The notes beneath the pieces are model-generated. The model saw only the letters and a program-made list of their open reading frames with translations. It ran no database searches and was not told where the DNA came from. Below, piece after piece: positions 51,286 to 62,900 of a stretch of DNA of 64,000 bases (the stretch's first letter is position 1; each line of letters opens with the position of its first letter). The position numbers and the translations under genes are program-made. The DNA comes from a virus. The stretch lies in IMG/VR virus record IMGVR_UViG_3300020048_002392, positions 17,838 through 81,837 of that record. The stretch is one strand, 5' to 3'.

Positions 51286-51950
51286 AAAACATACTACTTC
51301 CAAAAATATTCCAACCATTTCAATGTGACGACATAATCCGATTAGGAAAGGATCACGACGGTGGATATCTTGTAAACTATGCAGATGTGGTCAAATCAAA
51401 GAAACTTTTTAGTTTTGGAACTGGCGCTGATATATCATTTGAAAAAGATTTCACGAGACTGAATGATGTGGAGGTACAATCGTTTGATAAGACTCAAAGC
51501 GATGATAATGTATCATTCTACAAAGAAGGCCGCACTCATAGATATGAAAATATTGATAAAGAAAATATTAAATCATTTTTAGAGGATAGTAAAGATTGTT
51601 TTTTAAAGTGTGATATAGATGGTGGTGAATATGAAATACTTGATTATCTTATTTCAAATTCTCATAAGTTTACTGGTGCTGCTATTGAATTTCATGATGT
51701 ATCACGACCACAACGTTTCAATCAATTAACAAATTTCATAAGTAAGTTTGGACTGCGCCTTGTTCATACACATATAAATAATTACGCGTACATGGTTGAT
51801 GAAGAAACTCAAACTTATTTTGTAGACGTTATAGAATTAAGTTTTTCCTCATCTAGAGAGAATACGTTCTTCTCAAATGAGTTAGTCCTTCCTCACAAGT
51901 TTGATACTGCGAATAATCCACATGATGAAGAATTTAGAATACTATTCTAA
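51282..51950 (+). CDS. FkbM/Methyltransf_22-like methyltransferase
   Basis: RLG..HDGGY, SFG....SFE, LKCDIDGGEY, IEFH and H.HINN. Confidence 0.65.
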   Translation: MKNILLPKIFQPFQCDDIIRLGKDHDGGYLVNYADVVKSKKLFSFGTGADISFEKDFTRLNDVEVQSFDKTQSDDNVSFYKEGRTHRYENIDKENIKSFLEDSKDCFLKCDIDGGEYEILDYLISNSHKFTGAAIEFHDVSRPQRFNQLTNFISKFGLRLVHTHINNYAYMVDEETQTYFVDVIELSFSSSRENTFFSNELVLPHKFDTANNPHDEEFRILF

Positions 51951-51965
51951 AGAGAGGTTTATATT

Positions 51966-52325
51966 ATGACAAGACTAAAAGGGTACGTTGAAAAGGGTTG
52001 GGGACACGAACTTATATGGGTCACTAACGATAAGTATTGCGGCAAGTTGATGAAGTTCAACAAAGGAGCAAAGTTCTCGATGCATTTTCATGCGGTAAAA
52101 GACGAAGCATGGTATGTTATGGATGGAGTCTTTCATGTCACTTGGATCAACACTCTAGATGCCTCTAAGATCACTACTAAGTTGAAAGGTGGCGATACCT
52201 GGAGGAATGAACCACTGACTCCACATCAAGTAGAATGCATTGAAGAAGGTACTATCATTGAGGTCTCGACTCCAGATTCTGTTGAAGATAACTATAGAGT
52301 TATGCCTGGAGATAGTCAAAAATGA
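51966..52325 (+). CDS. Cupin (sugar isomerase-like)
   Basis: KGWG.E, SMHFH..K.E.W, H and IEVST.D...D.YR..PGD. Confidence 0.75.
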   Translation: MTRLKGYVEKGWGHELIWVTNDKYCGKLMKFNKGAKFSMHFHAVKDEAWYVMDGVFHVTWINTLDASKITTKLKGGDTWRNEPLTPHQVECIEEGTIIEVSTPDSVEDNYRVMPGDSQK

Positions 52326-53134
52326 AAGTACTTGTAACAGGACATAAAGGATTTATTGGCCAGAACCTATGTAAAGCAATTCACAATGAAGGTTGGGAAT
52401 TAACTACCTTTGATATTGTTGACAACCCATCTTTAAGACCAAAGGATCTTGATTTTACCAACGTAGATGTTGTAGTTCATTTAGGAGCAATTAGTTCAAC
52501 AACCGAAACTGATATACGTAAGATAATGGATCTAAACCTATCTTGGTCTATTGAGATGTTTGAAGAATGCAAGAGCAGAAATATAAATATGCAGTTCGCC
52601 TCAAGCGCGTCTGTTTATGGAAATAGGTATAGGCGTCCAATGAAGGAGGATGATTATTGTTCACCTCTAAATTACTATGCAATGAGCAAGTATCTATTCG
52701 AAGAATACGTGAATAAGAAAAGCCGAACAAGCAATGTGCAAATGTTTAGATACTTTAATGTATACGGCCAAAACGAAGAACATAAAGGTTCACAAGCAAG
52801 TCCATATACTCAGTTTGCAAAACAAGCAAAAGAAACTGGTGTAATAAAAGTATTTGAAGGATCTGAAAAATTTATGAGGGATTTTGTTCACGTAGATCGT
52901 GTTGTTGAAGTACATATCAAATCTATTCAGTCAATGAACGAATTTTCTGGCGGCACATATAACGTAGGTAGTGGTTATGCAAGAAGCTTCCTAGATGTTG
53001 CTCGCGACGTTGCTCTTCTATACAATGCGTCAATCGAAACAATTCCATTTCCAACACATTTGAAACAACATTATCAATATTACACTGAAGCAGATATATC
53101 AAAGTTAGAATCTATAGTATCAGTTTATGGATGA
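52322..53134 (+). CDS. hldD: ADP-L-glycero-D-manno-heptose 6-epimerase-like (SDR)
   Basis: TG..GFIG, HLGA.SSTTE.D, ASSASVYG, PLNYYAMSK, RYFNVYG..E.HKG.QAS, RDFV.V and YQ.YT.AD. Confidence 0.8.
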   Translation: MKVLVTGHKGFIGQNLCKAIHNEGWELTTFDIVDNPSLRPKDLDFTNVDVVVHLGAISSTTETDIRKIMDLNLSWSIEMFEECKSRNINMQFASSASVYGNRYRRPMKEDDYCSPLNYYAMSKYLFEEYVNKKSRTSNVQMFRYFNVYGQNEEHKGSQASPYTQFAKQAKETGVIKVFEGSEKFMRDFVHVDRVVEVHIKSIQSMNEFSGGTYNVGSGYARSFLDVARDVALLYNASIETIPFPTHLKQHYQYYTEADISKLESIVSVYG

Positions 53135-53190
53135 TAATCCAATTATACCATTGTTAGAAAAGATGTCAACTACTTTGAGTATGTTTCCAT

Positions 53191-53198
53191 TATAAATA
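53191..53198 (+). promoter_or_regulatory. T4-type late promoter TATAAATA
   Basis: Exact match, intergenic, before ORF 53220. Confidence 0.75.
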
Positions 53199-53219
53199 GA
53201 AACAAAAAGGGGTGTTTCA

Positions 53220-53552
53220 ATGACAACCAGGGCGAATATATATGTAGACCAAGGAACGGATTTTAGTACATTCTTAAATCTGTCTACAGAAGCTGGAGTA
53301 TATGATTTAACGTCACAGCAGTTTGAATGTGATGTTAGAAAAGTTTTTTCTTCAAATTCAGTATTCAGTCCAACTTTTACAGTTGAACCAGGTAATGAGA
53401 TGGGTGTAGTTGAGATGACAATACCGTCCACAGTTACGGCTAACGTAGAACCTGGAAAATATCAATACGACGTATTGATGACAACTGGTAGTACAAAAGA
53501 AAAAATATTAGAAGGTTTAATGTTTATACTTCCTAGTGTTACTAGGAGTTAA
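53220..53552 (+). CDS. Small virion protein (Ig-like/BppU-N-like)
   Basis: NIYVDQG.DF...T....G.Y.YDV.....ILEG.....P.VT pattern typical of T4-like structural genes. Confidence 0.6.
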   Translation: MTTRANIYVDQGTDFSTFLNLSTEAGVYDLTSQQFECDVRKVFSSNSVFSPTFTVEPGNEMGVVEMTIPSTVTANVEPGKYQYDVLMTTGSTKEKILEGLMFILPSVTRS

Positions 53553-53554
53553 AA

Positions 53555-53764
53555 ATGAGCGGTATAAATGTTACATTAAGCAATAGACGCCAGCAGGTTT
53601 TAATAAATCAAGCGCAAGCTATAGTCAAAGGATTAGATGATCTTATTGACGTAGACGCGTCAAATAATGTTGACGGTGCGTTAATAATATATAATGCAAC
53701 GACTCAAATGTTTGAATCTTCAATATTATTGAACAAGCAAACTATAGATGGCGGGTCGTATTAA
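53555..53764 (+). CDS. Small structural protein
   Basis: L.DL.DVD....DG....YN and terminal IDGGSY. GGAG RBS. Confidence 0.6.
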   Translation: MSGINVTLSNRRQQVLINQAQAIVKGLDDLIDVDASNNVDGALIIYNATTQMFESSILLNKQTIDGGSY

Positions 53765-53808
53765 TTATAATGTGAGTTTCTATCACTCATTTGGTTATGA
53801 CTTTATTA

Positions 53809-53816
53809 TATAAATA
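53809..53816 (+). promoter_or_regulatory. T4-type late promoter TATAAATA
   Basis: Exact match, intergenic, before ORF 53876. Confidence 0.75.
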
Positions 53817-53875
53817 AAAAGAGAGTTACATAACTCTTAAACTATAATAGGTTACATAACCGAATACGAGGACAT

Positions 53876-56434
53876 ATGTCTAGTACAATCAAACTACGCA
53901 GAAGCGCAGTACCTGGAAAGGTACCCACTTTAGACCAGCTTTCACTTGGTGAAGTTGCGATAAACACTCATGACGGTAAGATATTTCTAAAGCGTTTCAA
54001 AGAGTTCTATGATGAAGAGCTTTCAGCAAACGTTGAAATAGAAGACATTATACAATTCTCAGCAACAGTACCTGTAAAGAATACACTCTACGTCCAAAAA
54101 GACGGTCAAGACTACAATGATGGCAGTAGTTGGAACTCTGCATTTCTTACGATAGAAAAAGCATTAGAAGCTGCTGAAGCAAGAGATGGAGTAATTACTC
54201 TTATTGACATTGCGCCAGGAACGTATATTACGCGCGGCAATCTAGACATGCCGGACAACACATTAATAAGAGCTGCACACAGATCAGTGTTTCTAAGACC
54301 CGAGGCAGGTTTTGAACAAAACAACGTAATTCGTATGGGATCTGGTTGTTTTGTTGAAGGCCCAGTATTTGAAAACTGGCAATTAGATAGTTTAGAAGAC
54401 CCAACAGTTGGTTTCGCAATTTCATTTAGACCAGGAGCAGTTATTACTCGTGCGCCTTATGCTCATAAGATAGTCGCAAGAACAAATCCATATTGGACTA
54501 CAATTGCCCCTCCTTTGGATAGAGACAATCAAAACCCTCTAGTAGGAATTGGCGGAGGAGTGATACTTGCCGACGGATCTGTATGTTCACCATATAGTGT
54601 CTTTCCAAATATTATGGCGTGGGGTGCAACTCCTGTTGTTCATAATGGCATTGGATACGTTGCTAAGAACGGCGCATTAATTAACGCAGTGAACGCTGTA
54701 AGCATGTGGTGTCATAGACACTATTATGCACTAAGTGGTGGACAGATTATTCTTTCCGCGTGCTCATCCCAATTTGGTGACTATACGATGGTTTCGAAAG
54801 GATCGAGACAACTAGTAGTACCAGATCAGCCAACCGCGAACCTAGCCATATCTACTACAGCAAGTTCAAATATAACTTCCGCGTCTCCAACTATAATAAA
54901 CAATATGTGGGACGCACTAGTCGCAAATAACTATACAACTGATTGGTCTGAAGAATATGAAACTTTAACAAGAAGAGACGGTGCTTCATTCTTACAATCA
55001 ATTGCATGGGTATTGCAAAGCGCAAATGATAAACCTATGACTGATTTTGCGAGGGGTCTGTTCGATACTCAAGGTAACAGAGTCTTTGTAGAATCTCCCT
55101 ATAGCTATGACAAGTCATATCGTGATACTAGAACTATTAATGAAGCTATTGCATATGATGTTCTATTTGATAGCAACTTTAGAACTTTAACTGTAGCAAA
55201 TGCGTTTTATAGAAATAGCGCAAATACTCTTATAACTACATACAAGCCAGATTTAATTCATTCTTTAGAAACACAAAAAGAAGAAAGCGCGCTTTTTCTT
55301 TCTGGCGAATCTCTATCAAGATCTAATAATTTATTTGATGAAATTATTGACATAATAAACAATGGAGAAATCGCAGCTAATACGGTATTCCTTTCCGATC
55401 CTGTAGGTTATGATTCTGGGTACTTTGAAGCAAGAAGACTTCTTATGAGCAATAAATCATTTATACAAGAAGAAATTATAGCTTGGATACAGAGCCAAAT
55501 AAGTTCGCAAACTTCACCATTCACGTCGTCATTCACGTATGATTCTGTTGCTTGTAAGAGAGATGTAGGTTACTTAGTAGATGCGCTAAGATACGATCTT
55601 ACTTATGGTGGAAACTTGGAAACATATAATGCGGCTTCCGCTTATTTTGTTGGAACATCTGCGCAATATGGATCCGGAGAAAAAGAAGAAACTATAGCAG
55701 CTTATCAAAGATTGAGATCTATCATTAGTGATATATTGCGGGGAATTTCAATTACAGTTTCAACTGGAAATACTTTTACACAAGATATATCAGGTACGCC
55801 AGGTAGTTCTGGCGCCGCAGCATTTGCATCTGCAAGAATGACTGAAATAATAACTTCTTTAACTAACGATGGAACTCTTCCAGTTTTAATCGAACCAGAT
55901 AGAACATGGCCGGATTCTCAATATCAAACTTCTTTTAATACGTTAATTGCAAATAAAAGATTTATATCAAATAACGTAATGAGAAGTTTGATGAAGTTTT
56001 CGAAAACATTATTCGGTTCGTTTATATTTGCTTTTGAGTTTATGAGAGATCAAATAATTTCTTTGCCTAATGTAGATTCAGGGTCTGATTTGATAGTTCA
56101 AGATCAAGTAGAAGCACTTATTAATACATTATTAGATCCAGATAAGACTAGAGAGCCTTCTACAATTACTGCTATTGGGCACACCTGGACTGCTATCATG
56201 GCTGGTGTTGCTCTTACTAAAATACCGCCTGCTAGAAACGCAGCTACTATAGCTGAAAGTATATTGGAATTAGAACAAGGTTTAGTTATTGCGTCTGGAC
56301 AAGATGACCAAGGATCGGCGCTGTTCATTGGTGGTATGGAAATTAACGCAGACACAGGAGAACTTACTGGCCCTCCATTCGAAAAGTCTGTTAACAGAAT
56401 TGCAACTAGAACTGCAATTGCAAGGAGCTTTTAA
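53876..56434 (+). CDS. Large virion/fibre-anchoring protein, module B
   Basis: N-terminal IKLRRS..PGK.P....L..GE.AINT.DGK.F (fibre-attachment-type), a core paralogous to 27769..29916, and inserted helical repeats (YD...RD......YD). Confidence 0.75.
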   Translation: MSSTIKLRRSAVPGKVPTLDQLSLGEVAINTHDGKIFLKRFKEFYDEELSANVEIEDIIQFSATVPVKNTLYVQKDGQDYNDGSSWNSAFLTIEKALEAAEARDGVITLIDIAPGTYITRGNLDMPDNTLIRAAHRSVFLRPEAGFEQNNVIRMGSGCFVEGPVFENWQLDSLEDPTVGFAISFRPGAVITRAPYAHKIVARTNPYWTTIAPPLDRDNQNPLVGIGGGVILADGSVCSPYSVFPNIMAWGATPVVHNGIGYVAKNGALINAVNAVSMWCHRHYYALSGGQIILSACSSQFGDYTMVSKGSRQLVVPDQPTANLAISTTASSNITSASPTIINNMWDALVANNYTTDWSEEYETLTRRDGASFLQSIAWVLQSANDKPMTDFARGLFDTQGNRVFVESPYSYDKSYRDTRTINEAIAYDVLFDSNFRTLTVANAFYRNSANTLITTYKPDLIHSLETQKEESALFLSGESLSRSNNLFDEIIDIINNGEIAANTVFLSDPVGYDSGYFEARRLLMSNKSFIQEEIIAWIQSQISSQTSPFTSSFTYDSVACKRDVGYLVDALRYDLTYGGNLETYNAASAYFVGTSAQYGSGEKEETIAAYQRLRSIISDILRGISITVSTGNTFTQDISGTPGSSGAAAFASARMTEIITSLTNDGTLPVLIEPDRTWPDSQYQTSFNTLIANKRFISNNVMRSLMKFSKTLFGSFIFAFEFMRDQIISLPNVDSGSDLIVQDQVEALINTLLDPDKTREPSTITAIGHTWTAIMAGVALTKIPPARNAATIAESILELEQGLVIASGQDDQGSALFIGGMEINADTGELTGPPFEKSVNRIATRTAIARSF

Positions 56435-56436
56435 AT

Positions 56437-56901
56437 ATGACACGTATTACTACACGTACGCCATCAACTGGAAAACCTATAAGAGTATCAAGAGAAAACG
56501 TACCTACATCTTACACTACTATTGCTGAAGCTCCTGATTTTTCAGTCCAAGACGCTTCAAACAAATTTGATGTTCGCGATCCAACGGATATAGGAAGAGC
56601 TATTAGACCAGGCGAAGTATTCTTTCTAACACCTTTAGCCGCAAGGAATAAAGACGGCGTAACAAGATGGATTGAGACTAAGCTAGTTACTGAAGATGGC
56701 GAAAGTATAGAATTCGGCAGAGTCGAAGTTCCTGCATATGATACTGCATTTATACCTACACAGGGTAGAAGCTTATTTAAAAGAGGAGCTACAAATATAA
56801 ACGGCGATCGTTTTCAAGTGCGCGCTGAAACATCATCTTCATTTGATGTTTGGGCTGCAGCTGAAGAAAAGCTTTCAAGCGAGCATAGTGGGCAAGTTTA
56901 A
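56437..56901 (+). CDS. 154-aa structural protein, module B
   Basis: Paralogous motifs and the same length as 29913..30377. Confidence 0.65.
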   Translation: MTRITTRTPSTGKPIRVSRENVPTSYTTIAEAPDFSVQDASNKFDVRDPTDIGRAIRPGEVFFLTPLAARNKDGVTRWIETKLVTEDGESIEFGRVEVPAYDTAFIPTQGRSLFKRGATNINGDRFQVRAETSSSFDVWAAAEEKLSSEHSGQV

Positions 56902-56904
56902 TAA

Positions 56905-59900
56905 ATGTCAAAACTCCTTTCAGATAAAGTAAAAAAGACTCCATCGTCTCAGGTATCCGATGATAGATATCAGTTTCTAAAGTTATCGGAGGCAGAACCT
57001 GACCTAGGTTTGCCAAGCGCAAATGGATATCTGCTTACCTCCGATACGGATGGTATTAGAATTTGGGTTGATCCTGCTACAATAATAGGTGGTGGAGCTG
57101 GTACCCAAGGACTCCAAGGTATTCAAGGAATCTCCGGTCCTCAAGGAATTCAAGGATTAACCGGACAACAAGGCATACAAGGAGTCATTGGGGAACCAGG
57201 TACTCAAGGTGTTCAAGGTATACAAGGAACTGAAGGTTCACAAGGCATTCAGGGTGTTCAAGGTACTCAAGGTGTTCAAGGAATTCAAGGCACTCAAGGC
57301 ACTCAAGGTATTCAAGGACAAGATGGTTTACAGGGCACCCAAGGTATCCAAGGAACCGAAGGCCCGCAGGGTATAGAAGGAGCACAGGGCGCTCAAGGTA
57401 TTCAAGGAGTTGAAGGACCGCAGGGAACTCAAGGCATCCAAGGCACAATAGGTGTCCAAGGTGTACAAGGAACAGACGGTTCTCAAGGCATACAAGGAAT
57501 CCAAGGCATACAAGGGCCACAGGGTATAGAAGGATCACAGGGTACTCAAGGTGTTCAAGGAATCCAGGGTACTCAAGGTATCCAAGGTACTGAAGGCCCA
57601 CAGGGAACACAGGGTGTTCAAGGTATACAAGGATCGCAAGGTATTCAGGGAACTGAAGGCCCGCAAGGTACTCAAGGTGTGCAAGGTATACAAGGTACGC
57701 AGGGTACTCAGGGTGTTCAGGGAACTCAAGGGCCACAAGGTACCCAAGGAATTCAGGGAACGCAAGGTCCACAGGGTACACAAGGGATACAAGGCGCTCA
57801 AGGCTCGCAAGGAATCCAAGGACCTCAGGGTATTCAGGGTACGCAAGGTCCCCAAGGTATTCAAGGCAACCAAGGTATTCAGGGCCAGCAAGGTATTCAA
57901 GGTACTCAAGGACCGCAAGGAATTCAAGGAGCTCAAGGGCCTCAGGGTACTCAAGGTGTTCAAGGTATTCAAGGCGTCCAAGGTACTCAAGGACCACAGG
58001 GTATTCAAGGTGTTCAAGGAATTCAGGGTACTCAAGGACCACAGGGTACTCAGGGTGTTCAAGGTATTCAAGGTCGTGACGGTAACTTCGGTGGTGCCAC
58101 ATTTGACTATACTTTTGATACTACAATTTCAAATTTCGACCCTGGTGTTGGTAGATTAAGATTTAATAACTTTGATATAACTCTAGCGTCACAACTTTAC
58201 ATTGATGATGAGAATGATAACGGGACTGATATTCAGCCGTTCTTAAGAACTATTGATGACTCTACTTCAACGATTAAAGGTCACTTTAGAATATCAAATA
58301 AGATTGACGCAAGTGACTTTGCAATATTTACCATATCTTCTATAACTGAAGAAACTGGATATTTCGTTGTAAACTCGTCATATGTAAGCGGATCTGCTTC
58401 TTCCTTCTCAAACGATGAAGATGTTATAATAACATTCGCTAGAACTGGCGACATGGGTGCAACTGGTACCCAAGGTGCGCAAGGTACTCAGGGTATTCAA
58501 GGGACACAGGGTCCACAAGGTATCCAAGGAACGCAGGGACCACAGGGTATTCAAGGTACACAAGGTACTCAGGGTATTCAAGGTACTCAGGGTCCACAGG
58601 GAACTCAAGGTATTCAGGGAACCCAAGGACCACAGGGTATACAGGGAACTCAAGGACCGCAGGGAACTCAGGGTACACAAGGCATTCAAGGTAATCAAGG
58701 GATCCAAGGAACTCAGGGTACTCAAGGGATCCAAGGTACTCAAGGACCACAAGGTACTCAAGGTACTCAAGGTATACAAGGTACTCAGGGTACGCAAGGA
58801 ACTCAGGGCGAGCAAGGTATACAAGGTGCTGAAGGACCTCAAGGTACTCAAGGTGTTCAAGGAATCCAGGGAACTCAAGGACCTCAAGGCATACAAGGAC
58901 CACAGGGCACTCAAGGTGTTCAAGGTATCCAGGGAACTCAAGGACCTCAAGGCATACAAGGACCTCAAGGTACACAAGGCGTTCAAGGCATTCAAGGTCA
59001 ACAGGGTATCCAAGGAACTCAAGGACCGCAAGGAACGCAAGGTATTCAAGGAACACAGGGACCGCAGGGTACTCAAGGCGTTCAAGGTATACAAGGTCAA
59101 CAGGGTGTGCAAGGTGTACAAGGTACGCAAGGCATCCAAGGCACTCAAGGGCCACAGGGTACTCAAGGTGTTCAAGGAATCCAGGGTACTCAAGGTACAC
59201 AAGGCGAGCAGGGTATTCAGGGTACGCAAGGACCACAAGGTACTCAAGGTGTTCAGGGTATTCAAGGACCTCAAGGTATTCAAGGAACACAGGGACCACA
59301 GGGTACACAAGGTATACAGGGCATCCAAGGACCGCAGGGTACACAAGGTATTCAAGGAACTCAAGGACCACAGGGTACACAAGGTATTCAAGGAACTCAA
59401 GGGCCACAAGGAACTCAGGGTATTCAGGGTACTCAGGGCCCGCAAGGAACCCAGGGTACACAAGGTGAACAGGGCATTCAGGGAACTCAAGGTCCTCAAG
59501 GTACACAAGGCGTACAAGGTATACAGGGTACTCAAGGTCCACAGGGAACTCAAGGTATTCAAGGACCACAAGGTGCTCAAGGTGTGCAAGGCATCCAAGG
59601 ACCGCAAGGTACTCAAGGCGTGCAAGGTATTCAGGGTACTCAAGGACCACAAGGTACTCAAGGTGTACAAGGTATTCAAGGTACTCAGGGACCTCAAGGT
59701 ACTCAGGGTATCCAAGGTACTCAGGGTATTCAAGGTACGCAAGGACCACAGGGTACTCAGGGTGTGCAAGGTATACAGGGTCCACAGGGAACTCAAGGTG
59801 TTCAGGGCATACAAGGATCGCAAGGCACTCAAGGTATTCAAGGTACCCAAGGGCCACAGGGTACACAAGGCGTGCAAGGTATACAGGGTACTCAAGGACC

Positions 59901-62900
59901 GCAAGGAATTCAGGGAACTCAGGGTCCACAAGGAACTCAAGGTGTTCAGGGCATTCAGGGTACGCAAGGACCACAAGGTACTCAAGGTGTTCAAGGTATT
60001 CAAGGACAACAAGGTGTCCAAGGTATTCAGGGAACTCAAGGACCACAGGGAACGCAAGGTGTCCAGGGTATTCAAGGGCGTGATGGCAACTTTGGCGGCG
60101 CAACATTTGACTATACGTTTGACACCACTATTACTAATTCAGACCCAGGTGTTGGAAAATTAAGATTTAATAACTTCGATATAACTTTAGCATCGCAGTT
60201 GTACATTGATGATGAAAACGATAATGGAACTGACATTCAGCCGTTCCTAAGAACGATAGATGACTCTACTTCTACGATCAAAGGCCACTTCAGAATATCG
60301 AATAAGTTCGATCCAAGCGATTTTGCAATATTTACAATATCTTCAATAAGTGAAGAAACTGGTTACTTTGTTGTCAATTCTTCATATGTCTCCGGTTCAG
60401 CTTCCGCGTTTGATAATGCAGAAGATATTATAATCACTTTTGCTAGAACCGGTGACATGGGTGCAACCGGTACACAAGGACCTCAAGGAACGCAGGGTGT
60501 CCAAGGTGTTCAAGGTACACAAGGGCCACAGGGTATTCAAGGTACACAGGGCCCACAGGGAACTCAAGGCGTACAAGGTGTTCAGGGTACCCAAGGACCT
60601 CAAGGTATTCAAGGTACTCAAGGCACTCAGGGTATACAGGGTACTCAAGGACCGCAAGGTATTCAAGGTACACAGGGCCCGCAAGGAACTCAAGGTATCC
60701 AGGGAACTCAAGGACCTCAAGGAACTCAAGGCGTACAAGGCATTCAAGGACCGCAAGGTACCCAAGGTGTACAAGGCGTTCAAGGACCTCAAGGAACTCA
60801 AGGCGTACAAGGCATTCAAGGACAGCAAGGTGTTCAGGGAACGCAGGGTCCACAGGGTACTCAAGGGGTTCAAGGCATACAAGGACCGCAAGGTACTCAA
60901 GGCGTTCAAGGTGTACAAGGTATTCAGGGACCACAGGGTACTCAAGGAATTCAAGGTACGCAAGGACCTCAAGGTACACAAGGTATTCAAGGGCCACAAG
61001 GGATCCAAGGTACTCAAGGTCCACAGGGAACTCAAGGAGTTCAAGGCATCCAAGGATCACAAGGGACTCAGGGTACTCAAGGTATCCAAGGTCCACAAGG
61101 AACTCAAGGAGTTCAGGGTATTCAAGGACCACAGGGTACGCAAGGTGTACAAGGGATCCAAGGACAGCAAGGTGTTCAAGGTATCCAAGGACCACAAGGT
61201 ACTCAAGGTGTACAAGGTATTCAAGGACCACAGGGTACTCAAGGTGTTCAGGGTATTCAAGGAACTCAAGGTACACAAGGGATCCAAGGTACACAAGGAC
61301 CACAGGGTACGCAAGGTGTTCAAGGTATTCAAGGGCCACAGGGTACTCAAGGAACTCAAGGTATTCAGGGACCACAAGGTACTCAAGGTGTTCAAGGTAT
61401 ACAGGGACCTCAGGGTACTCAGGGCGTACAAGGTATTCAAGGAACTCAAGGACCACAAGGTACTCAAGGTGTACAAGGGATCCAAGGACAGCAAGGTGTT
61501 CAAGGAACACAAGGACCTCAGGGTACACAAGGCACTCAAGGTATTCAGGGAACTCAAGGACCACAAGGGACTCAGGGTGTTCAAGGTGTCCAAGGTACTC
61601 AAGGAACACAAGGACCTCAGGGTACACAAGGCACTCAAGGTATTCAGGGAACTCAAGGACCACAGGGTACGCAAGGTGTACAGGGTATTCAAGGTCAGCA
61701 GGGAACTCAAGGGACACAAGGTATTCAGGGACCACAGGGCACTCAAGGTGTTCAAGGTATACAGGGACCTCAGGGTACTCAGGGCGTACAAGGCATCCAA
61801 GGTACTCAAGGACCACAGGGCACTCAAGGTATTCAGGGACCACAGGGTACACAAGGTGTCCAGGGTATTCAAGGACGTGATGGTAACTTTGGTGGCGCTA
61901 CATTCGACTATACATTCGATACAACAATTTCGAATTTCGATCCTGGTGTTGGCAGATTAAGATTTAATAATTCAGATATAACTTTAGCATCGCAACTTTA
62001 TATTGATGACGAAAATGATAATGGAACTGATATTCAATCGTTCTTAAGAACTATTGACGACTCTACTTCAACGATTAAGGGTCACTTTAGAATATCAAAT
62101 AAGTTCGATCCTATCGATTTTGCTATATTTACTATATCTTCTATAACTGAAGAAACTGGATACTTCGTTGTAAATTCATCGTACGTTTCCGGCTCAGCAT
62201 CTTCATTCTCAAATGACGAAGATATTATAATCACTTTTGCTAGAACAGGCGACATGGGTGCAACTGGTGCTCAAGGACCGCAGGGTGTTCAAGGTGTTCA
62301 AGGTCCGCAGGGTACTCAGGGTATTCAAGGCGTTCAAGGTATTCAGGGTCTAACTGGCCAGGGTATTCAAGGTATACAAGGCAGACAGGGTATACAAGGT
62401 ACCGATGGTGGTATGCTTACACCTGGTAGTTATGTTGTAAGAGCTGCTAAGAATGGCTCGAACCAAAATGTTACCGCAGGCGCCGATGCAGTTGTCACAA
62501 TGGTTGATGATTTTGATCCTCAAGGTTGGTGGACTCCTGATAAATTCCAACCAACGATTGCAGGATACTATTCATTAACTGCACAAATTTGGTGGGGTGC
62601 CGGCACTATTACTAATGATCAGACTAATTTGCAGTTGAGAAAGAATGGTTCAACTCAACTTGCTATTACTCAAACACCTGTTAATGCTTCAACTATTGGA
62701 GAATTTTTAAACTTATCTACCATTGCATATTTCAACGGTACAACAGATTATGTTGAAATTACGGCATATACTGCCAATCCAACATCGCAGCTTATTAACG
62801 GTGCTGCAAGCGGTACATGGTTTACAGCTGCGTTGTATGCATATGGACAACAAGGTACGCAAGGCACCCAAGGTTCGATTGGTCAACAAGGTATTCAAGG

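Noticed and set aside
51773-52589. Extra TATAAATA matches at 51773 and 52582
   Set aside because: Inside AT-rich coding sequence and could be chance. Not called without transcript data.
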